Notes under the pieces: model-generated | Told to the model about the DNA's origin: nothing | Seen by the model: only the letters and a program-made list of their open reading frames with translations | The model's database searches: none | Virus record (IMG/VR): IMGVR_UViG_3300002448_000161 | DNA from: a virus | Direction: 5' to 3' (one strand) | Length of the DNA: 64,000 nt | Shown here: piece by piece, positions 54,386 to 63,282 of the stretch | Position numbering within the stretch: the first letter of the stretch is position 1 | Layout of the letters: every line of letters starts with the position of its first letter | Position numbers and translations under genes: made by a program

Positions 54386-57013
54386 TTGCCTGGTTTAGGC
54401 TCAGCCGTTGTTGATTTCTTCAAGAAGAAGCCCGAGTCTCCTTCGGAAGTTGTTGGACCGGAGGATGTACCGGCCTTTGATGATTTTGAGTCCTTGGGCC
54501 AGTTTTCCGACTTCGGGGCTTTTTCGGACCCGGAGGATTATCAGTATTTTGAGTCGGGCTATTATCCTCCGGACCCTGAACCTCCTTCCGAGTCAGTTTT
54601 CGACCTGTCTCTTCCGGATCGCAGCCGTGGGTTTCTCGGCCGTCTCGTTCCCCGCCGGTTTCGTCGGGAGTCGGCGTTGCCTTCCATTAACATGCTGGTC
54701 CAAGTGCGGCGCGTCGTCGACGGCACTTTTGAAGACCTCTCCGGGCACCGCTTTGTGGTCTGGGAGGTCCAGGGCCGTGATTCCACGTCGGATAACGTCA
54801 TGGCCGGCTGGATTGCCATGCTGAACAACATGGAGTTTCCGGTTCAGGTTCTGATCCGCCAGCATGCTCCGGATTATTCTGATGTTCGGCGCCAGTGGCG
54901 TGAGGCCCGTCCGGAGCATATGAAGGACGGTCCTATCAACCGGGTGGCCAACTCTCTGCTGGACTTTACCGAGGAACTCGAGACCTGTGGCCTGGTGGTT
55001 TCCCGTAAGTGGTATGTCTCGTGCGCTGCCGACCGTGAGATGGAGATGCAATCGGCTCTCACCCAGGCCCAGCTCAACGCGGACCGCATGGGTGATGAGG
55101 AGCTGTCGCTCCTTTTTCAGGCCTGTGTCAGCGGCATGGGGTACGGGTACCGCCAGGATTTCTACCAGGCCCGGGCTGAGAGTTCTTATCTTGAGCTCAA
55201 CCGGCGCTATGTCTCCTTCCTTGAAGTCGACAAGTGGCCTAGGCAGATTTCACTGGATCTCATTGAAGGGCTGCTCCGGACCGGTGAAGAGCTGGACTTG
55301 TCCCTGTGGATATTTCCGATTTCCCAGCGGGAGTCTCACAGCCGTCTGCAGATGCAGCGGAGCCGCTTCGAGGGCGCTCGTATCGCGGCCCATCAGAGCG
55401 GCAAACTTGTTTCTCCGGAGGTCGAAACCGCCATCGATGATGCCACTCGGATTGCGGAGCAGGTGTCCAGGGGCGTCTCACGGCTTTACCGGCGGACCAT
55501 TATGGTCGGCGTCTATTCTCCTGACCGGGACGGTCTACGGGTTTCGCTTGAGCGTGTCAGCTCCCATTTTCGCTCGCTGATGGCCTCGTCGCGTCTTTTG
55601 AAGTTCCGGCAGGGGGCGGCTTTTTCACGGATGTTTCCTCTCTGTCGTGCCGGTTTTACCGTCTCCGACTTCACCGACTCAGAGAGCATGCTCCGGCTTT
55701 TCCCATTTACTCCCCATGATCTGGATCGACGCGCCGGCACTTTGTTTGGAATGGACTTGCGCAGCCGTACTCCGGTCATGTTTGATCCTTTCGATGACCG
55801 AGCTATGAACGCTCACATGTGCATCATGGCTCGCTCTGGCGGCGGCAAGTCCTTCGTTACGAAGGCGATTGTTTCCCGGGAGGCGGAGCGGGATATTCCT
55901 ATTTACATCATCGACCCTGAGGGTGAGTATGGCGTGATTACTGAGTCCCTTGGCGGCCGTGTCTTCGTGCCTGGCAGTCCCGGTTACGGGCTTAATCCGT
56001 TCGTCATTGGCTATTCTGATCCTGGGGATTTGGCCACCCGTATTTCGGGTCTCTGTTCATTGATCGGCGTTATGCTTGAGGGGCAGGTAAAGCCTGCTTT
56101 GAAGGCTTCCATCGACCGTTGTATGACGGCTTTTTATGAACAGGAGCTTGAGCGGAAGGGTCCCTATGCCCTTCTGGGCACCGGCGGTATTGCCGATTTT
56201 CATAAGTTCCTGTTGACCGACGAAGCCCGGGAAATGGGGGGTGTCGAGCTCCATCATCTTCTTTCGCCTTTTGCCACCGGCTCGGCCCAGTATCTTATGT
56301 GCGGCGACGCTCCTGATCTTATGACTGGGGAAGCTCCGGTAACGTCTTTCAACCTGAAGAATCTCGCTGGTCCTCTCAAGCCGGTGGCTATTGCTGTCTG
56401 TGCCCAGGTCGTCTGGGCGCTTGCGGTTACCAACCGGCGGCCCCGTCGCCTGATTGTGGACGAGTGCTGGACGGTTCTGGCCACCCCCAGCGGGGCTGAG
56501 TCTCTCCTAACTATTGTTAAGCGGGCTCGGAAGCATCAGCTCGGCCTTATTACCATCACGCAGGATGTGCAGGACTTCCTCGCTGAGGATACGTCCGCCG
56601 GTGTAATTACCGGCCATGCGGGTCTCGCCCTTTTGCAAAACAGCGCCACCAAGCTTGCATTGTCTCAGGATCCGGCCGCTCTCGATCAGGTGGCCACGGC
56701 TCTTGCCTTGGGTCGTGACATCAGGGGCTTCCTTTCCACCGCCATTCGTGGCCAGGGTGTCTTTATTGACCAGGATGGTGGGGCCTTTCCCCTGGAGGTC
56801 GTCTCCACGCCTGAGGAGCGTGAGCTGCTTCTTGACCAGTCGTGGCGGTTCCATGGTGAGAGTGATGCCACCCTCGCTGCTGAATTTGCCAATATGCAGG
56901 AGCGGTCTGGCGATGAGGGTCTTAGCATTGGCGCTGAGCTGTTGGCCGCTCGTCTGGCGGCCAGCGTTGAGCAGGAGCGTCGTATTGATGAGGTCTCTGC
57001 TGTTGTCAATTAG
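54386..57013 (+). CDS. virB4: VirB4-like conjugative transfer ATPase
   Basis: NAHMCIMARSGGGKS (Walker A), IIDPEGEY, LIVDECW (Walker B), KRARKH.LG...ITQD and NSATKL.L.QD. Confidence 0.92.
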   Translation: MPGLGSAVVDFFKKKPESPSEVVGPEDVPAFDDFESLGQFSDFGAFSDPEDYQYFESGYYPPDPEPPSESVFDLSLPDRSRGFLGRLVPRRFRRESALPSINMLVQVRRVVDGTFEDLSGHRFVVWEVQGRDSTSDNVMAGWIAMLNNMEFPVQVLIRQHAPDYSDVRRQWREARPEHMKDGPINRVANSLLDFTEELETCGLVVSRKWYVSCAADREMEMQSALTQAQLNADRMGDEELSLLFQACVSGMGYGYRQDFYQARAESSYLELNRRYVSFLEVDKWPRQISLDLIEGLLRTGEELDLSLWIFPISQRESHSRLQMQRSRFEGARIAAHQSGKLVSPEVETAIDDATRIAEQVSRGVSRLYRRTIMVGVYSPDRDGLRVSLERVSSHFRSLMASSRLLKFRQGAAFSRMFPLCRAGFTVSDFTDSESMLRLFPFTPHDLDRRAGTLFGMDLRSRTPVMFDPFDDRAMNAHMCIMARSGGGKSFVTKAIVSREAERDIPIYIIDPEGEYGVITESLGGRVFVPGSPGYGLNPFVIGYSDPGDLATRISGLCSLIGVMLEGQVKPALKASIDRCMTAFYEQELERKGPYALLGTGGIADFHKFLLTDEAREMGGVELHHLLSPFATGSAQYLMCGDAPDLMTGEAPVTSFNLKNLAGPLKPVAIAVCAQVVWALAVTNRRPRRLIVDECWTVLATPSGAESLLTIVKRARKHQLGLITITQDVQDFLAEDTSAGVITGHAGLALLQNSATKLALSQDPAALDQVATALALGRDIRGFLSTAIRGQGVFIDQDGGAFPLEVVSTPEERELLLDQSWRFHGESDATLAAEFANMQERSGDEGLSIGAELLAARLAASVEQERRIDEVSAVVN

Positions 57014-58019
57014 GATTCTTGTGTGTCTCTCCTTCCTGGCTGCGCTCGTCGTTGGCTGTGGCTCATCGGCGTCTGGCGCTGGTGGCGGTCCTGACGGGGA
57101 ATCCGTCGGTTTTGGTGTTGAGGTTGCGGCTCTGCCTGCTCCTGATGACTTTCGTGTCAGCGCGTCGGCTGATCGGCTCGATTTTGACGGGATCGTGGTT
57201 CCTACTCCGTCGGTGTCCATTTCGTCGCGAGCTTTGCGGCAGCGTCAGACCCAGGTTCCAACCAGTACCCCGGTTCCTCGGCTAAGTTCGGTCCAGTCGG
57301 ATCTCGATTCGTCCGCGGGGTGCGAGGCTTTGTTTCGCAGTCTCATTGTTTCCTTACCGGCCGAGCCGCTTTTTGGCGCTGAGGTTGTCTCAGCTGCAGT
57401 TGATACCTTCGCCCTGGAGTCACCTTCGTGCTTGGCTGAAGGGTGGGACCCTGTGGTTGGGCTTCAGCGGGTATGTCATGGCCTTCGGGTTGGTGGCTTG
57501 TTGCTGCCCGAGGGGTTAACGACCCTTCCCGAGTTTGGCGGTCAACGTTCCGCCGGTGTTACCGGCCGGGATGAGTCAGGCAATCTGCTTATTCATTTCG
57601 ACGCTGTTCCCTTTGAATCGTTGTCCGGCTGTTGGTTTTACGATTCTTCTCGCGAAATCTGGGGCTGGTCCCTGTCGGACGGCCGCGAGGGCATCGACCG
57701 CGTCGTTCAATCTTCGTGTGATGAGGAGCTCCGGCGGTTGATTCTTCAACTTGACGTCGTAGATGCGGAGTTGGTCTCTGAGGTTATGCTCTCTATCCGT
57801 CAGGCGTATCCGCTCGATTGCGATGCCCGCGCCTGGTCTCAGTTTCCTTCTCTGTTCTCCAATCGTGATTGCCGCCATGATGGAGTGACCGGCCGCTTTG
57901 AGGACGGTTCCATTCTGATTAACTGGCTTCCTGGGTACCTGGCGTCTGATGGTTCAGTATGCTGGTATTGGGATCCGGAGGATGACCTTTGGCTCTTTTC
58001 GTTCGAACCTTCGTCCTGA
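56988..58019 (+). CDS. Lipoprotein with two tandem copies of the 4-Cys domain
   Basis: ATG at 56988 after a GGAG RBS, in frame with track ORF 56616. Lipobox VVG-C, PTP linker and two domain copies. Confidence 0.75.
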   Translation: MRSLLLSIRILVCLSFLAALVVGCGSSASGAGGGPDGESVGFGVEVAALPAPDDFRVSASADRLDFDGIVVPTPSVSISSRALRQRQTQVPTSTPVPRLSSVQSDLDSSAGCEALFRSLIVSLPAEPLFGAEVVSAAVDTFALESPSCLAEGWDPVVGLQRVCHGLRVGGLLLPEGLTTLPEFGGQRSAGVTGRDESGNLLIHFDAVPFESLSGCWFYDSSREIWGWSLSDGREGIDRVVQSSCDEELRRLILQLDVVDAELVSEVMLSIRQAYPLDCDARAWSQFPSLFSNRDCRHDGVTGRFEDGSILINWLPGYLASDGSVCWYWDPEDDLWLFSFEPSS

Positions 58020-58867
58020 GCGTCGTAGGTGGTTTGGTTCTCTTGGGTTGTGGCGGCGGCGCCGTTGAGCCTTCCGCGCCTGCTCTGCAGGTTCTGGCTG
58101 ACGGGGATTCGCCCGTTGTGAGGGCGTCTGTTCCAACGCCGTGGCCCACTTTTACCCCGTTGCCGGTTCCGACGGCGTTGCCGGTTGTCGCCCCGGTTCT
58201 GGCTACTGCTCAGGCCGAGCCCACGCCTGTCTTGTACCCTACTCTGGTTCCAGCCGTACTGGCCCCTCCCGCGGTCCGTGTTCCGACTGCGGTCCCGGCG
58301 CCGACCCTGGCCGTGGTGGTTCCAACTGCTACTTCTGTCTCTGTGGAGACCTTCCAGCCTGTCGTCGTTGATGTGGTGGTTACCCTTGAGGCGCCCACGC
58401 CCACGCCTACTCTCGACAGTGATGGTTTTGAGGATCCGCCGGCCGGTGGCATCCTTTTATATCGTGACGGCGCCGCTTTCCAGAGGCAGTCTGTCTTTGT
58501 GATGCAGCAGGCCGAGCTTCCCGACTACCTGCAGGAGGGTGATCTCTCACGCCTTCCCCCGACCTCGGAGCGGATTCCCCACACAGCTCCTTTTATCTTC
58601 TGGTTTGTCGGATTCGATATGAGTCAGGCGGTGTCCGATTTTGAGATGGAGGTGACCCTCCGGTGGATGAGCCTTGGCCCTGAGGGTGTTGGCCTTGAGG
58701 GATTGGAGATGTATTCTGACAGCCGTGTTCTCACCCACGTTGAACCGTATTTTTACAGTGGCATTGGAGCGCCGGTAGGCGGGGTCTGGCCGCTGGGCGG
58801 GTATCGCCTGGAACTCTTGGACGACCGTGGGGAGCTCATCGGTTCTTGGGGGTTTTTCGTCATATGA
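57989..58867 (+). CDS. Lipoprotein with long Pro/Thr linker and Ig-like C-domain
   Basis: Lipobox LLG-C, PTP repeats, and a C-terminal W..G.Y.LE......IG...F.V motif. Confidence 0.7.
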   Translation: MALFVRTFVLSVVGGLVLLGCGGGAVEPSAPALQVLADGDSPVVRASVPTPWPTFTPLPVPTALPVVAPVLATAQAEPTPVLYPTLVPAVLAPPAVRVPTAVPAPTLAVVVPTATSVSVETFQPVVVDVVVTLEAPTPTPTLDSDGFEDPPAGGILLYRDGAAFQRQSVFVMQQAELPDYLQEGDLSRLPPTSERIPHTAPFIFWFVGFDMSQAVSDFEMEVTLRWMSLGPEGVGLEGLEMYSDSRVLTHVEPYFYSGIGAPVGGVWPLGGYRLELLDDRGELIGSWGFFVI

Positions 58868-60369
58868 AAGTACGTCGTAACTGGCTGAAATTTCTTCTCT
58901 GTGGGTGTGCCGTTGCCGGAGTCTTCGCTCTATTCGCGATTTTCGGCTCTTTTGTGGGGCGGGTTCATGCCGAGCCTTTCTATCCTGATCAACGCAGTAA
59001 CTGTTCCCAGAATACGTGTGGGTCCTTCTGCTTCTGGGCTATCTGTACTCTTTGTGCCCAGCGGTGCGGGACGTGTCCTATCTCTGGGCCGTCGCGGTGT
59101 CCTCAGTTTGGGACTGGTTGACGCGAGGTTAACGAGCCACCGGAGGTGGAGCGAATTGTCTGCAACGACTGCGCTGGGCAGCTGGTGTGCCAGTGTCCGC
59201 CGTGTCTTCGTTGGTGGTATCACCTTTACGGCATTACCAGCAGTCGTACCGGCTTCATAGAAAATTACGTCGGCCCCCATCCGGCGCGCCGCAACTGGAA
59301 TTATTCCACTCCCCGGGTTAGCCAGGCCGTGGACTTCGCCCTGCGGCTTCCGTTGGATGACATTGTATGTACCGAATCCCGGTCATTGCGGAATGTTCAG
59401 ATTAATGTTCCGGCTCCAACTGCCTGGCCGCATCGAGTGTTCGTTGGCCCAGCGGCTGTTCCTGCACCGACTGTTTTTGCGCCCCGTAGCAGTGCCTGGA
59501 GCCACGCGGAGGGCATTCAGCCGGAGTTTAATGCCCTGGGGCCCCTGCACGGCCAGGAGGACCGGGATTTTGACCGCTATCCGCATGCTGCTGATATGGC
59601 TGTCCCGGTAGTCTATCCCGCGCCTGGCCTGGGTGGTCCCAGCATTAATTCTGTCCAGGTCCATCCGGTTACCGGGCGTATCCGCTTGGACTATTCCGGT
59701 GTTGCCGCAGGGCGGTCAGTTCATGTGCGGTACTGGCATGTTTCGGGACTGTCTCCCAGCGCTCCTGAGGCCGATTTCCGGCCCTATGGTGGGGGGTGGA
59801 TCACCCCGCCCCGTTCGGGGTTTTACGAGTTTCAGCTCGCTGCGGTTCTTGACGGCTTTGACCCGTTGGTGTCCAACAGTATCCAGAGCTGGTATCGTGT
59901 TGAGGAAGTCTTCCACCGGCCGTTCGCCGAATCTAGGGCAAGGGTTCCTCCCTTGTTGGTGGCTCCGCCGACAACTACTCCGTTGCCTGTTGTTCCCGGC
60001 GTTCAACGGCCCGCCCGGCCTGTCATCAGCGTTCTCTCCCAGGACTATACGGAGGATGCCCCGGCCATCCGCGTTGTCGTGCCTTCGTCCCCCGCCGGGG
60101 CTTTGGAGTATCGGTATTGGCGCCACACCGGCCACCTGGTCCCGGAGGATCTAACGGTTTGGCACAGAACCTCTTCGAGGTCCTTTGTAATCAGGGACTT
60201 ACCTGCTTTGGTGGTACCCTCTGAATGTTTTAGGGATGGCGCGCCTGCGGTGGTCCCCTGCCCTCTCCGGGTCCCGGTATTTTGGGATGTTCAGGTCCGG
60301 GTTACTTCAGGTGCCGTCAGCGACTTGTCGCCGGCCCGTTCGGTGCTTCTTCATAGCGTTGGCCCCTGA
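58864..60369 (+). other. Cys-rich secreted protein interrupted by one in-frame TGA (readthrough, Sec or nonsense mutation)
   Basis: Track ORFs 58846..59121 and 59146..60369 are in the same frame, separated only by TGA at 59119-59121. The signal peptide is in the first part and FN3-like domains are in the second. Confidence 0.6.
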
Positions 60370-60371
60370 CC

Positions 60372-60680
60372 TTATATAGCCTCGTCCAGGATCACTACGG
60401 TGTTCTCGGTTTCTTCTTCGGGAATCTCGTCTGTTGGGTCGTCAAATATAAGAGGCAGCTCCATCGTGAGCTGCCTCTCTTGTGTGGGTACCGTCCCGGC
60501 CCTGAATATGCTACGCCATCGGCGGGGTCTTCGGCGCCTGGTAAACGCCTCGTTTGCCATTTCCTGTCGGATTTTTTCCGGTGTCAGCGGTCCCCTCTGG
60601 CATCCGTGGTTGGCTCCTCCGCAGATGCACGTGCATTTGTGTCGCTGCGCGGTGTGGCAGCGGGAGTCGCATCTTCTCAT
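60372..60680 (-). CDS. Small Cys/His-rich protein
   Basis: CDSRC...CTCICGGANHG motif. Confidence 0.6.
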   Translation of the reverse strand: MRRCDSRCHTAQRHKCTCICGGANHGCQRGPLTPEKIRQEMANEAFTRRRRPRRWRSIFRAGTVPTQERQLTMELPLIFDDPTDEIPEEETENTVVILDEAI

Positions 60681-60697
60681 TTCTTGCGGTTTACCTT

Positions 60698-61309
60698 TTA
60701 TTTTTTCAGGAGTGCCAGCGCCAGCTCGAGCATCTCGGTTACGACGGCTTCTGGAGGTTGTGTCCCGTCGATTACTTTTATCTTGTCTTTATTTGCGGCC
60801 GCCTGGTCCAGGTAGCCTGCTCTCACCTTTTCGTAGAAGGTGTTGCTTCTCGTTTCGAAGGCGTCTTTTGAGGTTCCCCGGTCGCGGGCTATCTGTATTG
60901 GGACGTCTATGATCAGCGTCAGGTCCGGTTCGAGGCCGCCGGTTGCCAACTGGTTCAGGTTGGCGATTACGTCCAGCGGTACTCCGCCCGCGTACCCTTG
61001 GTAGGCTGTAGTTGAGGTCGTGTACCTGATGCTGATTACGTTGGTGCCCTTGGCCAGCGCTGGTTTGATTCGCGTTTCCACCATCTCGTGCCTGGCTGCT
61101 TCAAACAGCAGCGCCTCCGTGAGGGGCTGCATTCGATTCTCCTCGGTGAAGGCTTGCTTGACGTGGTTTCCGGTTTTGGTTGAGCCCGGGTCTTGTACCA
61201 ATGCTATTGGTACATCCAGCGCCAGGAGTTTCTGCATCAGCTTTAATGCCGCTGTGCTCTTTCCCGACTTGTCGGTCCCCTCGACTGCCATGAAAAAGGG
61301 GTCTGGCAT
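60698..61309 (-). CDS. tmk: Thymidylate kinase
   Basis: VEGTDKSGKST, LLFEAAR, RY..ST.AYQG, PDLTLIIDV and IDG. Confidence 0.93.
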   Translation of the reverse strand: MPDPFFMAVEGTDKSGKSTAALKLMQKLLALDVPIALVQDPGSTKTGNHVKQAFTEENRMQPLTEALLFEAARHEMVETRIKPALAKGTNVISIRYTTSTTAYQGYAGGVPLDVIANLNQLATGGLEPDLTLIIDVPIQIARDRGTSKDAFETRSNTFYEKVRAGYLDQAAANKDKIKVIDGTQPPEAVVTEMLELALALLKK

Positions 61310-61310
61310 T

Positions 61311-62741
61311 TCATGCCTCCTTTCTGAGAGATTCGATTATCCTACCTGCAACGTCGGCGCAGCAGTTGCCCCATGTGGGGCCGTGGTCTGTTCCTCCGTC
61401 GGCTTCGGAGTGCCCCAGTTCGTGGACGATGATGGCGATCTGCTCTGCTCCTCTCCCTTGAAAGAAGTCATCGTCCAGGTGGTGGGTATTGAACCTCATT
61501 GTCGGGTTCCGGGAGTTCATTGTGCAGCATGCCAGTCGTTTGGCGCCGCTGTCCCTGACGTATTCAACCGTAACGCTAAATCCGGCCGCACTGGCCAGTT
61601 GCTTTGCCCACTTGGTGAAGCCTATTCTGGCGGGGTTTCCCTCCTCACTTTCCATTATTGCCGGCTCGTTGTTGGTCCGGTCTGAGAAGAGTGCGTGCGA
61701 GCTTTGCAGGCCGCCCTTTTGCCTCAGGTTTTTGAGTTCGTTCTGGGAAAGGGAACGCGGGTGGATTACCTGGTAGCCCTTGTCCAGTGCATCCATGTTT
61801 GATTGCGTATTGGAAGACCAGGTGACTACTTTGTCGCCGTAACGACTTTTGATCGTGGTCTTCACCGCGTCTTCGGTGATCTCCGGATCTTCGATTGCCT
61901 CGCGTACCCACGTTTCACTGAAGGATTCGGCTTCCATGTCCTCGTGGACCTGCGCCAGCACCAGGCTGTAGACCTTCTTCAGGTATGCGTCGCTGACTGT
62001 GTCCCGGTTGGGGGGCATGGGAACTTTCTGCAGGATGTTGACATCGTAAGGTACGTCGATTTCCTGAATGGGTATGCCCATCTCGTAGATGTGGGCGACG
62101 TCGGCGACGCGGTCGCTGATCTGCAGGTCTGTCATCCGGCGGGTTGTTTTCATCGGCCCGCCGTCCTCTTCCTGGACGATGGTGGGGAGCCTGGCCCGGG
62201 CTATGTGCTTCACCGGCGGTTTCGCCGGCTCCTTTCCATTTATGGTGAACGTGATGTGTTCGGGGGCCTTGAAGTAGGTCAGCCTCTGGGCCAGTTGTTC
62301 CGCGTCGCGGGTGTCCCAGGGCATTACTGCCTGGATTTGGGTTCCCTTTTTCCTCCGGTTCGGGGCTATTTCCCGCCCGCCTTCGGCGGGGAAATGGATG
62401 GTTGTCCCAACCGTTTCTATCTTGGCCTCGATGGCCACCGATATTACTTCCTTCTCACCGAGGTTGAATCGGCCCCTCTTGGTGGGGTCTCTTCTCTTGG
62501 CGGTCTCTCCCATGATCGTGTAGGCGTCGGCAACGTCTGCAAAACCGGCGCCGTCGTCGGTTACGGTCACCCTGATTCCGGCCAGGTCGGGCTCTATTTT
62601 GACCTCGCACTTGGTCGCTGTGTCCTCGTCGAAGACGTTTTGAATTAGCTCCTTGATGAGCTCGTGGGGTCTGCGGTCCGCGTGGAGGCTCCGCATTCCA
62701 TTGCTGTCGACGTCGAATCGCTGGCTTGCTTTTGTGGTCAA
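61311..62741 (-). CDS. GHKL (HATPase) protein with C-terminal HExxH domain
   Basis: ELIQNVFD, DDGAGF, GRFNLGEK and IVHELGH. TTG start at 62741 after an AGGAG RBS, overlapping the upstream stop. Confidence 0.75.
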   Translation of the reverse strand: MTTKASQRFDVDSNGMRSLHADRRPHELIKELIQNVFDEDTATKCEVKIEPDLAGIRVTVTDDGAGFADVADAYTIMGETAKRRDPTKRGRFNLGEKEVISVAIEAKIETVGTTIHFPAEGGREIAPNRRKKGTQIQAVMPWDTRDAEQLAQRLTYFKAPEHITFTINGKEPAKPPVKHIARARLPTIVQEEDGGPMKTTRRMTDLQISDRVADVAHIYEMGIPIQEIDVPYDVNILQKVPMPPNRDTVSDAYLKKVYSLVLAQVHEDMEAESFSETWVREAIEDPEITEDAVKTTIKSRYGDKVVTWSSNTQSNMDALDKGYQVIHPRSLSQNELKNLRQKGGLQSSHALFSDRTNNEPAIMESEEGNPARIGFTKWAKQLASAAGFSVTVEYVRDSGAKRLACCTMNSRNPTMRFNTHHLDDDFFQGRGAEQIAIIVHELGHSEADGGTDHGPTWGNCCADVAGRIIESLRKEA

Positions 62742-63280
62742 ATCTTTGCTCCTGTTCTTGCTGTTGTTGGTGTTGGTGCGCGGCTTTTCCATTTTAGCAG
62801 CGCCGTGTGGCCCAGCAGTCCTGCGCAGGCTGTAATCATCAGTAGCAGCCCGGCCTGGGGAATTGGTATGAGCCCGAGCCGCTTTATGTTCTGGTCGAAG
62901 ATCGGGGTCTCGGCCGTCGCAATTACTAAGAACGGCATGACGATCAGGAAGATCTGGTGGGCTGTGGCTTCCCTGCCCTGGAGTGTCCTCCACGCCATCG
63001 TCAGAGTTACGGTTATCATCAGGGCCCCGAACGCCACGAAGAGGATTGTTCCCAGGGGGTTGGCCCCCATCCATTGTCCGAGCTCGGGGGAGGTTATGCC
63101 GTAGGTCAGCAACTGGCTTCCTGACATTCGGCCTTTCTCCCCTATGGGGAGCCATGGCAGCAGTATGGCGACTGCTGCTGCAGTCGCCACTATCATCCTT
63201 GTCCTATGGTGCCAGGCTTCCTGCTCGGCTTGGTCCCATTTTGTTCGCAGGTTGTCTGCGAACTCTTTTATTCGGTTCAT
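62738..63280 (-). CDS. Membrane protein (about 4 TM)
   Basis: Start MNRIKEF at 63280, with several hydrophobic helices. Confidence 0.65.
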   Translation of the reverse strand: MNRIKEFADNLRTKWDQAEQEAWHHRTRMIVATAAAVAILLPWLPIGEKGRMSGSQLLTYGITSPELGQWMGANPLGTILFVAFGALMITVTLTMAWRTLQGREATAHQIFLIVMPFLVIATAETPIFDQNIKRLGLIPIPQAGLLLMITACAGLLGHTALLKWKSRAPTPTTARTGAKI

Positions 63281-63282
63281 TT

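Noticed and set aside
56616-56987. N-terminal 124 codons of track ORF 56616..58019, and similar extensions of 61311..63155, 62738..63691 and 13089..13814
   Set aside because: They overlap neighbouring real genes, and better starts with an RBS and signal peptide lie downstream.
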